From Candidatus Levyibacteriota bacterium (lineage in GTDB: Bacteria; Patescibacteriota; Microgenomatia; Levybacterales; UBA12049), in NCBI GenBank assembly GCA_038253825.1, contig JBBSGT010000003.1:463-64462 (forward strand): a DNA stretch of 64,000 nucleotides, written 5' to 3'. Made by a program: the position numbers and the translations under genes. Within the stretch, counting starts at the first letter, position 1. The number at the start of each line of letters is the position of its first letter. This document shows positions 1 through 10,199 of the stretch, in pieces. The notes below the pieces were generated by a model. It made no database searches. It saw nothing but the letters and a program-made list of their open reading frames with translations, and was not told where the DNA came from.

Positions 1-177
1 GGAAATAAAACATTTCTGACGCCTCGTTATAAAGTTTTGAAATTATTAACTGATCCTCAAGTAAAAAAACACCTGACTATGAATGGGATCTTTCTTACTG
101 CGCATAAAGCACTCCTTGAAAAAGACTTTAAAGCAAAAAAAGTCAAAGTACAAATACAAAAGCAACTTTCAATCTAA
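1..177 (+). CDS. 3' end of an upstream gene (partial, unknown function)
   Basis: Open frame running into the window and ending at TAA 175-177 (...KAKKVKVQIQKQLSI*). No recognisable motif. Confidence 0.3.
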   Translation, partial: GNKTFLTPRYKVLKLLTDPQVKKHLTMNGIFLTAHKALLEKDFKAKKVKVQIQKQLSI

Positions 178-192
178 AATATTAGCTATTTG

Positions 193-218
193 TTGACGTT
201 GTGCATTTCTAGTATAAT
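193..218 (+). promoter_or_regulatory. Putative sigma70-type promoter for the 225.. operon
   Basis: TTGACG (193-198) and TATAAT (213-218) immediately upstream of the ATG at 225. The spacer is short (14 nt), so confidence is modest. Confidence 0.3.
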
Positions 219-224
219 CCAAGC

Positions 225-989
225 ATGCGGGAAATTTATTTATCGGTAATAATCCCATGCTATGATGAAATGGCAAATCTTCAGAAAGGTGTTCTTGATA
301 AAATAGAACATTTTCTTTCAAAGAAGAAATATAGCTATGAAGTCATTATTGCGGATGATGGGTCAAAAGATGGTAGCAGTGAATTCGTCGGGCGATTCTG
401 TAAAGAAAACCCACATTTTTCTCTTATAAAAAATCCTCATTATGGTAAAGCTGGAGCTGTTACCACTGGAATGCTAAAAGCAAAAGGTTCATATAGAGTA
501 TTTACTGATATGGATCAGGCAACTCCAATAGAAGAAATTAATAAATTATTGCCATTTTTAGAAAGTAAAAAATATGATATCGCCATAGGTTCTCGGAATA
601 ACACTCGAAAAGGAGCACCTTGGATTCGCTTATTTATTTCTCGAAGTGCAATTGTTTTAAGAAAAATATTAATAGGACTACCAGAAATTCTTGACACACA
701 GTGTGGCTTTAAGATGTTCACAGGTCAATCAGCACAGGATATATTCCAACAATATAAAAATCTTAATTATGGATTTACTAAAATTTCGGGAACCGCAATT
801 ACTTTTGGATCGGACATAGAACTATTATATTTAGCCAAACAAAAAGAGTATAAAATAAAAGAAGTGCCGGTTCAGTGGCTGCATGTTGAGACGCGACGAG
901 TAAATCCTGTGAAAGATTCTATGCAAGGGGTGATTGATCTTCTCAGAATGAAACGATATATCTTGGCAGGAAAGTATAGAAATTTATAA
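225..989 (+). CDS. GT2 family glycosyltransferase, DPM1/GtrB-like polyprenyl-phosphate sugar synthase
   Basis: N-terminal 'VIIPCYDE...IIADDGSKDGS', then 'DMD' and a Q..RF-like region typical of dolichol-phosphate mannose synthase-like GT2. Its stop overlaps the next start (TAATG). Confidence 0.75.
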   Translation: MREIYLSVIIPCYDEMANLQKGVLDKIEHFLSKKKYSYEVIIADDGSKDGSSEFVGRFCKENPHFSLIKNPHYGKAGAVTTGMLKAKGSYRVFTDMDQATPIEEINKLLPFLESKKYDIAIGSRNNTRKGAPWIRLFISRSAIVLRKILIGLPEILDTQCGFKMFTGQSAQDIFQQYKNLNYGFTKISGTAITFGSDIELLYLAKQKEYKIKEVPVQWLHVETRRVNPVKDSMQGVIDLLRMKRYILAGKYRNL

Positions 990-2203
990 TGGTTTTTAAA
1001 ACATTCTCTGTTAAAGAAAAAGTACTCTTTGCTATTCAAAGCTTAACGTTTCTTGGGCTTTTCCTTTATTCATTCTCACAAATTGATCTGGGATTAACTT
1101 TTTCAAAAGTTACTATTCTGCGCAATATTGTCACGTATTTTCAACATATTGGTTATTTTGAACGTCCGCTTTCATCCCTTATATATATATTTTTAGTTTC
1201 TTTATTGACACTGCTTTATTTTGTTACATTATATTTGGCCAATCATAAAAAAGTACACAAGAAATATGTATGGGCTATCATTATTTTGGGTGCTGTTCTT
1301 TTAACATTTTCCTATAACGCATTCTCCTATGATATTTTTAATTATATTTTTGACGCAAAGATTATAACACATTATCATGCTAATCCTTATGTCCATAAGG
1401 CTTTGGACTATCCAGGTGATCCTATGTTATCGTTTATGCATTGGACACATCGGCCATTTCCGTATGGACCAGTTTGGCTTGGTTTAACTGTTCCAATTTC
1501 TTTTATTGGCATGCAGATATTTTTGGTAACCTTCTTTTTCTTCAAAATGCTGATGACACTAAGCTTTTTAGGGACAGTCTATTTTATTGGGAAAATATTT
1601 CAAAAGTTGTTTCCGCAAAGAGAGATCTTTGGTCTTATCTTTTTTGGATTAAACCCACTTGTTCTAATTGAGAGTTTGGTATCGGCACATATCGATATCG
1701 TTATGATGTTTCTTGCTGTAGCTGCATTCTTTCTACTTATATCTAAAAACTATGGTAAGACATATATCCTGTTACTGTTCTCAATTGGTATAAAATTTCT
1801 GACCGGAATTTTAATTCCTGTCTTTATGTTTATCCATGTGATGCAGCACAGTGAAAAAACAATTAAGTGGGATAATATATTTGGGTTTATTCTCGTTTTA
1901 CTTATGGTGGGTGTAATTGCTGAATCAAGACAAAGCGGTAATTTTCAGCCTTGGTATTTGCTCGCACCTTTGAGCTTTTCTGCTTTTCTTGCCCATAAAC
2001 TGTATGTACTGATCCCAACTATTGTTATATCTTTTATTTCACTTTTTCTCTATCTACCATATCTCTATCTAGGAAATTGGGATCCACCAGTCCCACAACT
2101 TCTTTCTCAAATTATAATAATGAGTTACACTATCGCTTTTTGTTTTACTTCAATTTATTTTTTGTACAAACAAATAGTTTTGGTACGATCTAAAAAAGTC
2201 TAA
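989..2203 (+). CDS. Polytopic integral membrane protein, possible GT-C fold glycosyltransferase
   Basis: 404 aa, about 10 hydrophobic segments, a His/Pro-rich loop (HYHANPYVHKALDYPGDPM...HWTHRPFPYGPVW). Translationally coupled to the upstream DPM1-like GT2. Confidence 0.4.
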   Translation: MVFKTFSVKEKVLFAIQSLTFLGLFLYSFSQIDLGLTFSKVTILRNIVTYFQHIGYFERPLSSLIYIFLVSLLTLLYFVTLYLANHKKVHKKYVWAIIILGAVLLTFSYNAFSYDIFNYIFDAKIITHYHANPYVHKALDYPGDPMLSFMHWTHRPFPYGPVWLGLTVPISFIGMQIFLVTFFFFKMLMTLSFLGTVYFIGKIFQKLFPQREIFGLIFFGLNPLVLIESLVSAHIDIVMMFLAVAAFFLLISKNYGKTYILLLFSIGIKFLTGILIPVFMFIHVMQHSEKTIKWDNIFGFILVLLMVGVIAESRQSGNFQPWYLLAPLSFSAFLAHKLYVLIPTIVISFISLFLYLPYLYLGNWDPPVPQLLSQIIIMSYTIAFCFTSIYFLYKQIVLVRSKKV

Positions 2204-2240
2204 AAGTAATGATAATTTTTATGAAAAAAACGCTTTATTA

Positions 2241-2248
2241 TGTATAAT
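2241..2248 (+). promoter_or_regulatory. TG-extended -10 element (TGTATAAT) upstream of the GC-rich gene 2263..3744
   Basis: tgTATAAT seen directly in the sequence 15 nt upstream of the ATG at 2263, inside a 60-nt intergenic gap. Confidence 0.3.
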
Positions 2249-2262
2249 AAGCTTAACAATAT

Positions 2263-3744
2263 ATGTTTACGAGAGCTCATCTTCGCGTATTAGCTTCTAA
2301 GAACGTCCTGCCTATAACCGCAATTGTCCTAATTGCTGCTGTTATCCGACTATTCGATTTTCCGCATGGGTATGGGTTTGATCCTGACGCTACTCGTGAT
2401 GCTATCATTGCATTTGAGGGAGCGAGTCATCCTTATTTTCCACTTGCCGGCGCCTTCTCATCTACTGGGCCGTTTACCTTTGGGCCATGGTATTACTTGA
2501 GTTTGATAATGGTGGAGTTCTTATTCAAAACTCCTTTCGCGCCATGGTTGCTGATGACAGCCGCGACACTGATAACCGTCGTCGCAATGTACGATATAGG
2601 AAGGCTCGTTGAATCCAGAGCACTGGGCTATGTGCTTGCCGGTTTCGCAGCATTAGCCCCATCTGAGTTTGTCGCAAGCGGATCGCTTTCCAACTTATCT
2701 CCCGTCACACTATTTGCTGCCCTCACGTTGTGGTCGAGTACTCGCATCCTCACTACCATGAGACCAGGTGTGTGGTGGTATTTCGTTCTCGGTGCATCTC
2801 TTGGACTTGGCATTAATGCACACTACCAAATGGCTGGACTTTTGATAGTACCGGTTCTTGTGTGGTTCTTCTCTTCTTCTCGAAAAGTACAGACGGCTCT
2901 GGCGGTTATGTTGGGAGTATTCCTTACATTCATACCGTTACTCATTTTTAACATATCGCATGACTGGCATACGCTTCGGGGAGTTGTCGAAATGTATGCT
3001 TCACGCGATCGCATCTATGTACCAAATAGTTGGAAGATCTATTTGGGTACGTTTTGGCCGTCATTGATACAGTTCATCTTTGGAACGCCGATATTGGTGA
3101 GTGCTGCACTGCTTTTGATTGTGCCTGCGGTGTTGTGCTTTGAAGCTTTTCGTAAATTGTTGCCACGTACTGTGTGGATACTGGCAATTGTTGTTTTTTT
3201 GAACATAATTCAGCTGCGGTATTATTGGGGAGAGCGCTACTTTCCGTATCATTACTATCTCGAACCGTTTCTCCTGTTTCTTGTGGGTTATGTCGTGTAT
3301 CGACTTGCCTCGATCATGCGATATGGCGTTGTCTTTAGTCTCCTGATTGGCCTATCAATCGGGTTCAGTATGGTTGTATTTGATTACAACCGCGATCGCT
3401 CATTCATTCTGGCTCCGGACCAGACCTTGCATGTAGTTGCGGCTTTGCAGGCTAATTATCCAGATAATCCGATAGAAGTGTATAAGTGTGATGGAGACAG
3501 GGGGTGGATAGCTGAGGCGACTACATACGTGATGCAATTTGAGAAAAAACCTAAATCAGGTCGTCCGGTTAAGCTAGGTATGATAGATGCAATCTGTAGT
3601 TATCCTTTAGATCAGCATGGAAGAAAAGTAGTAGGCACGCCGTTTGTTGATCTTTCTCTTGCATCCGAGAATGCGCTTAAGCAAGCTTCTTGGAGTGCGG
3701 TTACGACTGAGGGAGTATTTAAAAAATCAGCAAAATGGTACTGA
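2263..3744 (+). CDS. ArnT/PMT-like (GT-C) polytopic membrane glycosyltransferase, compositionally atypical (GC-richer)
   Basis: 493 aa, many TM segments, acidic motif in the first loop (FDPDATRD), large hydrophilic C-terminal domain. Codon usage is visibly GC-richer than the neighbours. Confidence 0.45.
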   Translation: MFTRAHLRVLASKNVLPITAIVLIAAVIRLFDFPHGYGFDPDATRDAIIAFEGASHPYFPLAGAFSSTGPFTFGPWYYLSLIMVEFLFKTPFAPWLLMTAATLITVVAMYDIGRLVESRALGYVLAGFAALAPSEFVASGSLSNLSPVTLFAALTLWSSTRILTTMRPGVWWYFVLGASLGLGINAHYQMAGLLIVPVLVWFFSSSRKVQTALAVMLGVFLTFIPLLIFNISHDWHTLRGVVEMYASRDRIYVPNSWKIYLGTFWPSLIQFIFGTPILVSAALLLIVPAVLCFEAFRKLLPRTVWILAIVVFLNIIQLRYYWGERYFPYHYYLEPFLLFLVGYVVYRLASIMRYGVVFSLLIGLSIGFSMVVFDYNRDRSFILAPDQTLHVVAALQANYPDNPIEVYKCDGDRGWIAEATTYVMQFEKKPKSGRPVKLGMIDAICSYPLDQHGRKVVGTPFVDLSLASENALKQASWSAVTTEGVFKKSAKWY

Positions 3745-3854
3745 CGATCTGAGCTATCGTAATGCATTTTACATAGCATGAGCTTACATAAAAAGTATCA
3801 GTTACTTTCTTCACTCCATTGCTGAGAAAGCAAACTTTTGAGTATAATAGTATT

Positions 3855-5420
3855 ATGAATAAGTTTACAAAATACTTAGGGTTGTTTATTGTTTTGGCAA
3901 TATTTTATTTTGTTCTGCGGCTTTATCATCTCACGAACCTACCGATTTTTACTGACGAGTCAATCTATATCCGATGGGCACAAATTGGCCTGGGCGATCC
4001 CATGTATCGATTCCTTTCTCTTACTGATGGCAAGCAACCGCTTTTCATTTGGATTATGTATCCATTCCTCAAGATTTTTCACGATCCTCTTGTAGGTGGA
4101 AGAATGGTGTCTGTTTTTACAGGTTTTTTCACGATGCTCGGATTAGGTTTGGTGAGTTTTACTTTATTCAAAAAAAGATCATGGGCGCTTTTCACAATGG
4201 CGCTCTACATTGCATATCCGTTTGCTCAAGTCATGGACCGTATGGCTCTTTATGACAGTATGGTAGCGATGTTCTTTATCTGGTCAGTTTATGCCTCACT
4301 GATGCTCATTAAATCTATGCGTTTAACAGATGCATACAATTTGGGATTTATTTTAGGAGCAGAAAATCTCACTAAGCTTCCTGTTTTTTTCAGTATCCTG
4401 TTACTTCCTATAACCTTGATACTTTTTGATTTTCGTCAAAAACATTGGAGAAGGGAATTACTGAAATGGTTCGGTTTTACTGCTCTAAGCGTTGTTATTT
4501 CACAAGTAATGTATTTCGTTGTTAAGTTGTCACCGCTCCCAAACGTTACTAATGAAAAAAATAATACCTTTTATTACCCAATTTCAGAATGGATTCATCA
4601 TCCTTTTCAATTTTTCATTGGCAATTTCCAAGGTATGACGGCATCTCTTTTGGGATATCTAACAATTCCATATATTTTGTTGGTACTCGTGGCACTTTTT
4701 TATCTCAAGAAAAATTTTAAAGAGAAGGTAATGTTGCTCATATATTTTCTTCTTCCCTATATTGGTTTTGCTTTAATAGGGAAGGAGATTTTTGCTCGGT
4801 ATGTCTTTTTTATGAGTTTGCCCTTGATACTCTTGGCAGGGTGGGGCTTAGGATATCTCATTGATTTGATTATCAAATACTGGCATATAAAAGCTCAAAT
4901 GCGTTTTGTTACAGCGGGATTTATTGCAATTATCTTTTTACTTTATCCTTTATATGTTTGTTTAAGTTTTGCGGCAAACCCAATAGCTGCACCAATTCCA
5001 CAGTCCGATAAGACTCAATATGTTACAGCATGGACAAGTGGTTGGGGATTGAAAGATGCTGTTACCTATCTTCAAAATCAAGCGCAAAGTGGACCAATTT
5101 ATGTAGCAACTGAAGGAACCTTCGGACTTTATCCACAAGGGATAGAATTATATCTATCTAAAAATCCAAATGTTTCAATTAAAGGATATTATTGGGAAAT
5201 AACAAAAGATTTTCCTAAAGATTTAGTAGAAAAAGCAAAGACAATGCCCACATACTTTATCTTCTATCAACCATGCCCTGGAGGCTTTTGTGACCGACCC
5301 GGTGATGCGCCCGCAGGATGGCCTGTGAGAGTTGTGCAGACATATACTCATCCAAACACCCAAACACGAGTTGTCATCTATCAAGTGGAAGAAGGTACGC
5401 TGAATGAAAACATTAAATAG
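3855..5420 (+). CDS. PMT_2/ArnT-like (GT39/GT83-type) membrane glycosyltransferase
   Basis: Conserved DE motif in the first extracytoplasmic loop (LPIFTDESIYIRWAQ), then more than 10 TM segments and a soluble C-terminal domain. The probable ATG is at 3855; the ORF track starts at a TTG at 3819. A TATAAT lies at 3843-3848. Confidence 0.55.
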   Translation: MNKFTKYLGLFIVLAIFYFVLRLYHLTNLPIFTDESIYIRWAQIGLGDPMYRFLSLTDGKQPLFIWIMYPFLKIFHDPLVGGRMVSVFTGFFTMLGLGLVSFTLFKKRSWALFTMALYIAYPFAQVMDRMALYDSMVAMFFIWSVYASLMLIKSMRLTDAYNLGFILGAENLTKLPVFFSILLLPITLILFDFRQKHWRRELLKWFGFTALSVVISQVMYFVVKLSPLPNVTNEKNNTFYYPISEWIHHPFQFFIGNFQGMTASLLGYLTIPYILLVLVALFYLKKNFKEKVMLLIYFLLPYIGFALIGKEIFARYVFFMSLPLILLAGWGLGYLIDLIIKYWHIKAQMRFVTAGFIAIIFLLYPLYVCLSFAANPIAAPIPQSDKTQYVTAWTSGWGLKDAVTYLQNQAQSGPIYVATEGTFGLYPQGIELYLSKNPNVSIKGYYWEITKDFPKDLVEKAKTMPTYFIFYQPCPGGFCDRPGDAPAGWPVRVVQTYTHPNTQTRVVIYQVEEGTLNENIK

Positions 5421-7131
5421 GTTACTTCCCACATTGGTTGTTATTGCATTCTGTTATTGGTCGATAGCACCTCTCTTCCATCCTGGCTTTTTCCCCATCC
5501 ACGACGGTGAACAAGTAGGGAGATTACACGAATTACATCTTGATGTTGTTTCTGGACAATTGCCACCACGGCTTTCGCAGAATTTAGGCTATGGATATGA
5601 TTATCCATTATTTAATTTTTATCCTTCTTTTGTTTATTACATCGCAGAGGTCTATCATTTGCTCGGGTTTTCCTATATCTCTTCAATAAAAATCATGATA
5701 GCAACAGGTTTTCTTCTTGCAGCTATTGGTATGTACTGGCTTTCAAGATATTATTTCGGCAGATTAGCTGGGGTGATTTCTGCGGTTCTTTATACATATG
5801 CGTCATATCATAGTGTGGATGTTTATGTTCGCGGAGCACTGCCGGAATTTTGGTCATTTGTCTTTTTCCCTTTCATCTTTCTCGGTTTTACAAAAATAGC
5901 AGAAAAACCTCGAACATTATGGACGATAGTCACAGGTGTTTTGCTGGCATGTTTTGTTTTAACCCACAATCTTATCGCAATGATGAGTTCACCGTTCATC
6001 TTAGGATTTCTGATTTATCTTGTAATGATAACAAAGGAGAAAAAACAGTTTATTCATTCAGTACTTATTTCTGGCACACTTGGTGTTTTGTTATCTGCTT
6101 ATTTTTGGTTGCCTTCGCTGGCAGAGAAGCATAATACAATGGTAAATTTGTTGACAAAAGAATTAGCAGATTATTCACTGTATTTTGTCTATCCTATACA
6201 ATTTTGGCATTCCCCTTGGGGCTATGGCGGGTCAGTTCCGGGTATGGGGGATGGTATTTCATTCCAAATTGGGAAGGTATACTTTCTTAGCATCATTGCT
6301 GTTTTTGTTTATGCACTATTTTTATTTAAAAAGTATAGAAAGACCGCAGTTCTTCTATTTCTTCTCATCTTCCTTTTTGTCTTCTCATTATTTATGCAAA
6401 TCTCTGCATCAAAGTTTATTTGGGATACCCTGAGGTCTGTAATGGCATATATCCAATTTCCATGGCGATTCCTTGAAATTAGCTTCTTCCTCTCGTCATT
6501 TGCTATAGGAGCACTCTTCATTACCCCTTTTCCTTTTCTCAATAAAAAGTGGGTTCTTTATTTGCAGTATATATTGGGTATCGTGATGATCGCGTTCGTT
6601 TTGTATAAAGGTGTAACAATTTTTAATCCATCAAAATATCTTACCAATGTAACTGATCAAGATTATGTCAGTGAAAGTGTTATGCGATGGGACACAAGCA
6701 ATTTATCTTTTGAATATGTACCAAATGGGATATCGACAAGAAAATCACCTCATGGAAATACTATAGTAAATATCACTAAGGATCAAATAGCCAAAAGTCC
6801 ATTTTCTTCTATTACCGGAAATATGAATATTCAAGTGAAAAAAGATATCCCTCAGCAAAAAACTGCGTTTGTTTCAGTTAAATCAAATGGTATACTACAA
6901 ATCAATGTATACGATTTTCCCGGATGGCATGTCTCTATCGATAGTAAAGAAGTCTCTTATTCTTCAAAGAATGCATTGAAATTGTTGCGGGTTCCTATAG
7001 GCCGAGGAATGCATACAGTCACTGCAGTATTTAAAGACACAACAGTCCGAAGTATAGGAAATGCATTGTCGGGGATAACAATGTTTTGCATTGTTATCTT
7101 TCTTATTGTCCGTTTGCGTAAAGTGAAATGA
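5404..7131 (+). CDS. YfhO-like large GT-C-type membrane protein (member of a paralogous family in this window)
   Basis: 575 aa. N-terminal multi-TM region with a HDGE loop, a C-terminal extracytoplasmic segment 'DFPGWHVSIDSKEVSY...GRGMHTVTAVF' resembling the conserved YfhO-family C-terminus, and a final TM helix. Confidence 0.45.
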   Translation: MKTLNRLLPTLVVIAFCYWSIAPLFHPGFFPIHDGEQVGRLHELHLDVVSGQLPPRLSQNLGYGYDYPLFNFYPSFVYYIAEVYHLLGFSYISSIKIMIATGFLLAAIGMYWLSRYYFGRLAGVISAVLYTYASYHSVDVYVRGALPEFWSFVFFPFIFLGFTKIAEKPRTLWTIVTGVLLACFVLTHNLIAMMSSPFILGFLIYLVMITKEKKQFIHSVLISGTLGVLLSAYFWLPSLAEKHNTMVNLLTKELADYSLYFVYPIQFWHSPWGYGGSVPGMGDGISFQIGKVYFLSIIAVFVYALFLFKKYRKTAVLLFLLIFLFVFSLFMQISASKFIWDTLRSVMAYIQFPWRFLEISFFLSSFAIGALFITPFPFLNKKWVLYLQYILGIVMIAFVLYKGVTIFNPSKYLTNVTDQDYVSESVMRWDTSNLSFEYVPNGISTRKSPHGNTIVNITKDQIAKSPFSSITGNMNIQVKKDIPQQKTAFVSVKSNGILQINVYDFPGWHVSIDSKEVSYSSKNALKLLRVPIGRGMHTVTAVFKDTTVRSIGNALSGITMFCIVIFLIVRLRKVK

Positions 7132-7847
7132 ATAAAAAATTATCTGAATTATCTATTTTCTTTCCGTTTTGGAATGAAGAAAAAAATATAGAAAACGTTG
7201 TGCAAAACGCAAAAGAAGTAGCAGAAAAAGTTGCTTCTCGATGGGAGATCATTATGGTTGATGATGGGTCAGTTGATAAAACTTTGCAGATAGCACAGAA
7301 ATTAACAAAGCAAGATAAGAGACTTCGTGTCGTGACGCATACGCCAAATAGAGGTTACGGAGCTGCATTAGCAGCTGGATTTTCAGTTGCACAATATAAA
7401 TATATCGTTTTTACTGATGGCGACATGCAATTTGATTTTGGTGAAGTTACAAAATTAATTGAAAAGATAGCAAACGCAGATATTGTTATCGGTTATCGAA
7501 AAAAAAGAAGGGATAAGAATCTAGGGAAACGCTTGTTATTAATGTATCTCTTAAAAGTTTGGGATTTAATTCTTTTCAGGTTTTACGTTAGAGACATTGA
7601 TTGTGCTTTTAAGATGTTTCGCAAAGAAGCAATTGAGCAAATTATTCCTTTACGTTCAGAAGGAGCCTTGGTCTCAACTGAGTTATTGGCCAAGGCAAAA
7701 AGAAAAAAGCTGAAAATAATTGAGGTTGGGGTAACACATTACCCAAGAAAATTGGGATATCAAAGCGGTGCAAATTTCCTGGTTATTCTTCGAGCTATTT
7801 TTGAAAGTTTTATATTATGGTGGGATTTAAAAAATGGAAGATTTTGA
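7128..7847 (+). CDS. GT2 family glycosyltransferase, DPM1-like polyprenyl-phosphate sugar synthase
   Basis: 'LSIFFPFWNEEKNI...IIMVDDGSVDKT...FTDGDMQ' GT2 DxD architecture, 239 aa. ATGA overlap with the upstream gene. Confidence 0.75.
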   Translation: MNKKLSELSIFFPFWNEEKNIENVVQNAKEVAEKVASRWEIIMVDDGSVDKTLQIAQKLTKQDKRLRVVTHTPNRGYGAALAAGFSVAQYKYIVFTDGDMQFDFGEVTKLIEKIANADIVIGYRKKRRDKNLGKRLLLMYLLKVWDLILFRFYVRDIDCAFKMFRKEAIEQIIPLRSEGALVSTELLAKAKRKKLKIIEVGVTHYPRKLGYQSGANFLVILRAIFESFILWWDLKNGRF

Positions 7848-9294
7848 TTTACAAGTAGTTGCTAAAAAATCAGTAACAGGAATATTTGCCCTCGTTTCCC
7901 GTTCATTCCTCGTGCAAATTTTGGCAGTTGTCAGTAACTTTGTTCTGACAATATATCTCGAACCTGCAATGTTCGGTATCTTTTTTGTCGTCAGTGCGAT
8001 CAACGTCTTTTTGGCATATTTTCAGGATATTGGCTTGGCTGCTCTTATTGTACAAAAGAAAGAAGAACCTTCAGTTGAGGAATTACGGACAACCTTTACG
8101 ATTCAGCAAATTTTAGTTTTTAGTATTGTCATCATTGGTTTTCTCCTCACTCCATTTATCACGCATCAGTTTCATTTAACAACTGAAGGTTTATATGTCT
8201 ATTACGCATATTTAATTTCTTTTATATTTTCCTCACTTAAAACTATCCCCACAGTTTTACTTGAAAGAAGACTTGATTTCCAAAAGCTTGTTGTACCCCA
8301 GATTGCCGAAGGACTTGTTTACAGTATTGCTCTTATTACTTTTGCACTCTTAGGTTTTGGTGTGAATACATTTACTATCGCAATTTTATTAAGAAGTATT
8401 GTGGGATTGCCATTAATTTATTATATACAGCCATGGAGTATTGGGTTTGCGTTTAAAAAATCACTCATCAAGCAACTTATTTCTCACGGATCTCCTTATC
8501 AAGGAAATAGTATCCTTGCACTTTTAAAAGATGATTTGGTAGATCTATATGTAGCATCTGTATTGCCACTTACACAGGTTGGATATATTGGGTTTGGACA
8601 AAAGTGGGGTTCTCTTCCTTTACGGCTTGTTATGGATAATGTTATTAAAGTCACATTCCCTTCCTACAGCCGCTTACAGCACAATAAAGAAGCATTAAAG
8701 ATAGTAGTTGAAAAGTCTCTCTTTTTAATCTCGTTTTTCATTTTCCCTATCGTTGTAGGATTTATTGTCTTTTCTCCTGATCTTATCAAATTTATCCCGC
8801 GATACGGGAAATGGGAAAATGCATTAGTTTCCTTAATGTATTTTTCTTTGGATACACTCTTTGCTTCGATAAGTGTGCCTTTAACAAACTTACTGAATGC
8901 TATCGGAAAAGTAAAAATTACGCTGAAATATATGGTATTTTGGACAATCTTAACGTGGGTCTTGACGATTCTGTTTATACGCTGGTTTGGTTATAATGGT
9001 GTCGCATTAGCGTCCTTTATTGTCTCTGCAAGTGTTCTTCTTATTCTTATTCCGGTTAAAAAAGAATTGCAGTTTTCGTTTGTCGGTCCCATATGGAAAC
9101 AATTTTTAGCAGCACTCATTATGGGAATTCTAGTCTACGCAAGCCGTGGTATGATTCATTCTCTCTTAGAATTGGGAATGATGATGATTATAGCAGGAAT
9201 CTTCTATCTAGCAATTCTTTTTGCAATATCAAAAAATGAGCTTATGAAGATATATGCATTTATTTCAGATATAATTAAAAAGGATAAAAAATGA
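7834..9294 (+). CDS. Wzx-like polysaccharide/oligosaccharide flippase (MOP superfamily)
   Basis: 486 aa with about 12-14 TM helices and an N-terminal pattern typical of 'polysaccharide biosynthesis protein' exporters. Confidence 0.6.
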   Translation: MEDFDLQVVAKKSVTGIFALVSRSFLVQILAVVSNFVLTIYLEPAMFGIFFVVSAINVFLAYFQDIGLAALIVQKKEEPSVEELRTTFTIQQILVFSIVIIGFLLTPFITHQFHLTTEGLYVYYAYLISFIFSSLKTIPTVLLERRLDFQKLVVPQIAEGLVYSIALITFALLGFGVNTFTIAILLRSIVGLPLIYYIQPWSIGFAFKKSLIKQLISHGSPYQGNSILALLKDDLVDLYVASVLPLTQVGYIGFGQKWGSLPLRLVMDNVIKVTFPSYSRLQHNKEALKIVVEKSLFLISFFIFPIVVGFIVFSPDLIKFIPRYGKWENALVSLMYFSLDTLFASISVPLTNLLNAIGKVKITLKYMVFWTILTWVLTILFIRWFGYNGVALASFIVSASVLLILIPVKKELQFSFVGPIWKQFLAALIMGILVYASRGMIHSLLELGMMMIIAGIFYLAILFAISKNELMKIYAFISDIIKKDKK

Positions 9295-10199
9295 GGAATA
9301 TAGCAGTTGTAACAGTCAACTATAATACGGCTAAAGACACGCAGGCTTTTTTAGCATCTCTAGCAAAAATTGCCAGAGAAAATTTTACCATCCAAACTAT
9401 TGTTGTTGATAATGGTTCTATAGAGAAACTTCAATTGTCTCCTAAAGAACAATTAAATACTATACTTATCCATAATGCAGATAACAGTGGTTTCTCTGGG
9501 GGTTATAATATTGGCATCAAAACAGCCTTAAAAAATGGAGCTGATGCTATAATGATTGTTAATAATGACACGCTTCTAGATCCAGATCTTCTTATTAATT
9601 TAGAAAAAGTATTATATTCAGATGAGATCATTGGGTTAACTGTGCCTAAAATTTATTTTGCAAAAGGACACGAATTTCATAAGGACCGGTATACAAAAGA
9701 ACAATTAGGAAAGGTACTCTGGTATGCAGGAGGAAGTGTAGATTGGAAGAATATTCAAAGTATTCATAGAGGAGTCGATGAAGTCGATGAGGGGCAATAC
9801 AATAACACCGAAAAGGTAGATTTTGCGAGTGGTTGTTGTATGATGATCAAAAAAGAAGTCTTTGAGAAAATTGGAATGTTTGACGAGCGATATTTTCTCT
9901 ATTATGAAGATGCAGATCTGTGCGAACGCATGAAACGTGCAGGATATGCTCTTTACTATGCACCGGATGCTTTTCTTTATCATATAAATGCTTCTTCCTC
10001 GGGAGGTGCGGGAAATGTTATTCAGGATTATTATATTACTCGTAATCAAATGCTTTTTGGTATGTCATATGCGCCACTGCGTGCAAAGATTGCTTTATTA
10101 CGTCAAAGTTTTCGGTTGTTAAAAAACGGAAGACCGAATCAAAAAAAAGCAATTAAAGATTATTTTCTGAGGAGATTCGGCAAAGGAGAAAATTTATGA
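9291..10199 (+). CDS. GT2 family glycosyltransferase (rhamnosyltransferase-like)
   Basis: 'IAVVTVNYNTAKDT...VVDNGS', 'NNDT' and 'YYEDADLCERMKRAGY' motifs. Confidence 0.75.
   Translation: MRNIAVVTVNYNTAKDTQAFLASLAKIARENFTIQTIVVDNGSIEKLQLSPKEQLNTILIHNADNSGFSGGYNIGIKTALKNGADAIMIVNNDTLLDPDLLINLEKVLYSDEIIGLTVPKIYFAKGHEFHKDRYTKEQLGKVLWYAGGSVDWKNIQSIHRGVDEVDEGQYNNTEKVDFASGCCMMIKKEVFEKIGMFDERYFLYYEDADLCERMKRAGYALYYAPDAFLYHINASSSGGAGNVIQDYYITRNQMLFGMSYAPLRAKIALLRQSFRLLKNGRPNQKKAIKDYFLRRFGKGENL

Noticed and set aside
515-721. Many short ORFs (60-130 aa) on the opposite strand or in alternative frames inside long genes. Examples: 515..721, 1441..1671, 2628..3252, 9705..10049, 17819..18211, 26421..27021, 50181..50552, 50974..51669.
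   Set aside because: They lie wholly within well-supported longer CDSs, have no motifs, and their composition is dictated by the sense gene. They are shadow ORFs.
3819-3854. Upstream TTG start (3819) for the PMT-like gene, as used by the ORF track. Likewise the upstream non-ATG starts at 11265, 17520, 27488, 29685, 34729, 38188 and 60931.
   Set aside because: In each case an in-frame ATG a few codons downstream gives a canonical N-terminus for the family and/or abuts the upstream stop codon. The extensions would overlap promoter-like TATAAT elements or the preceding gene.
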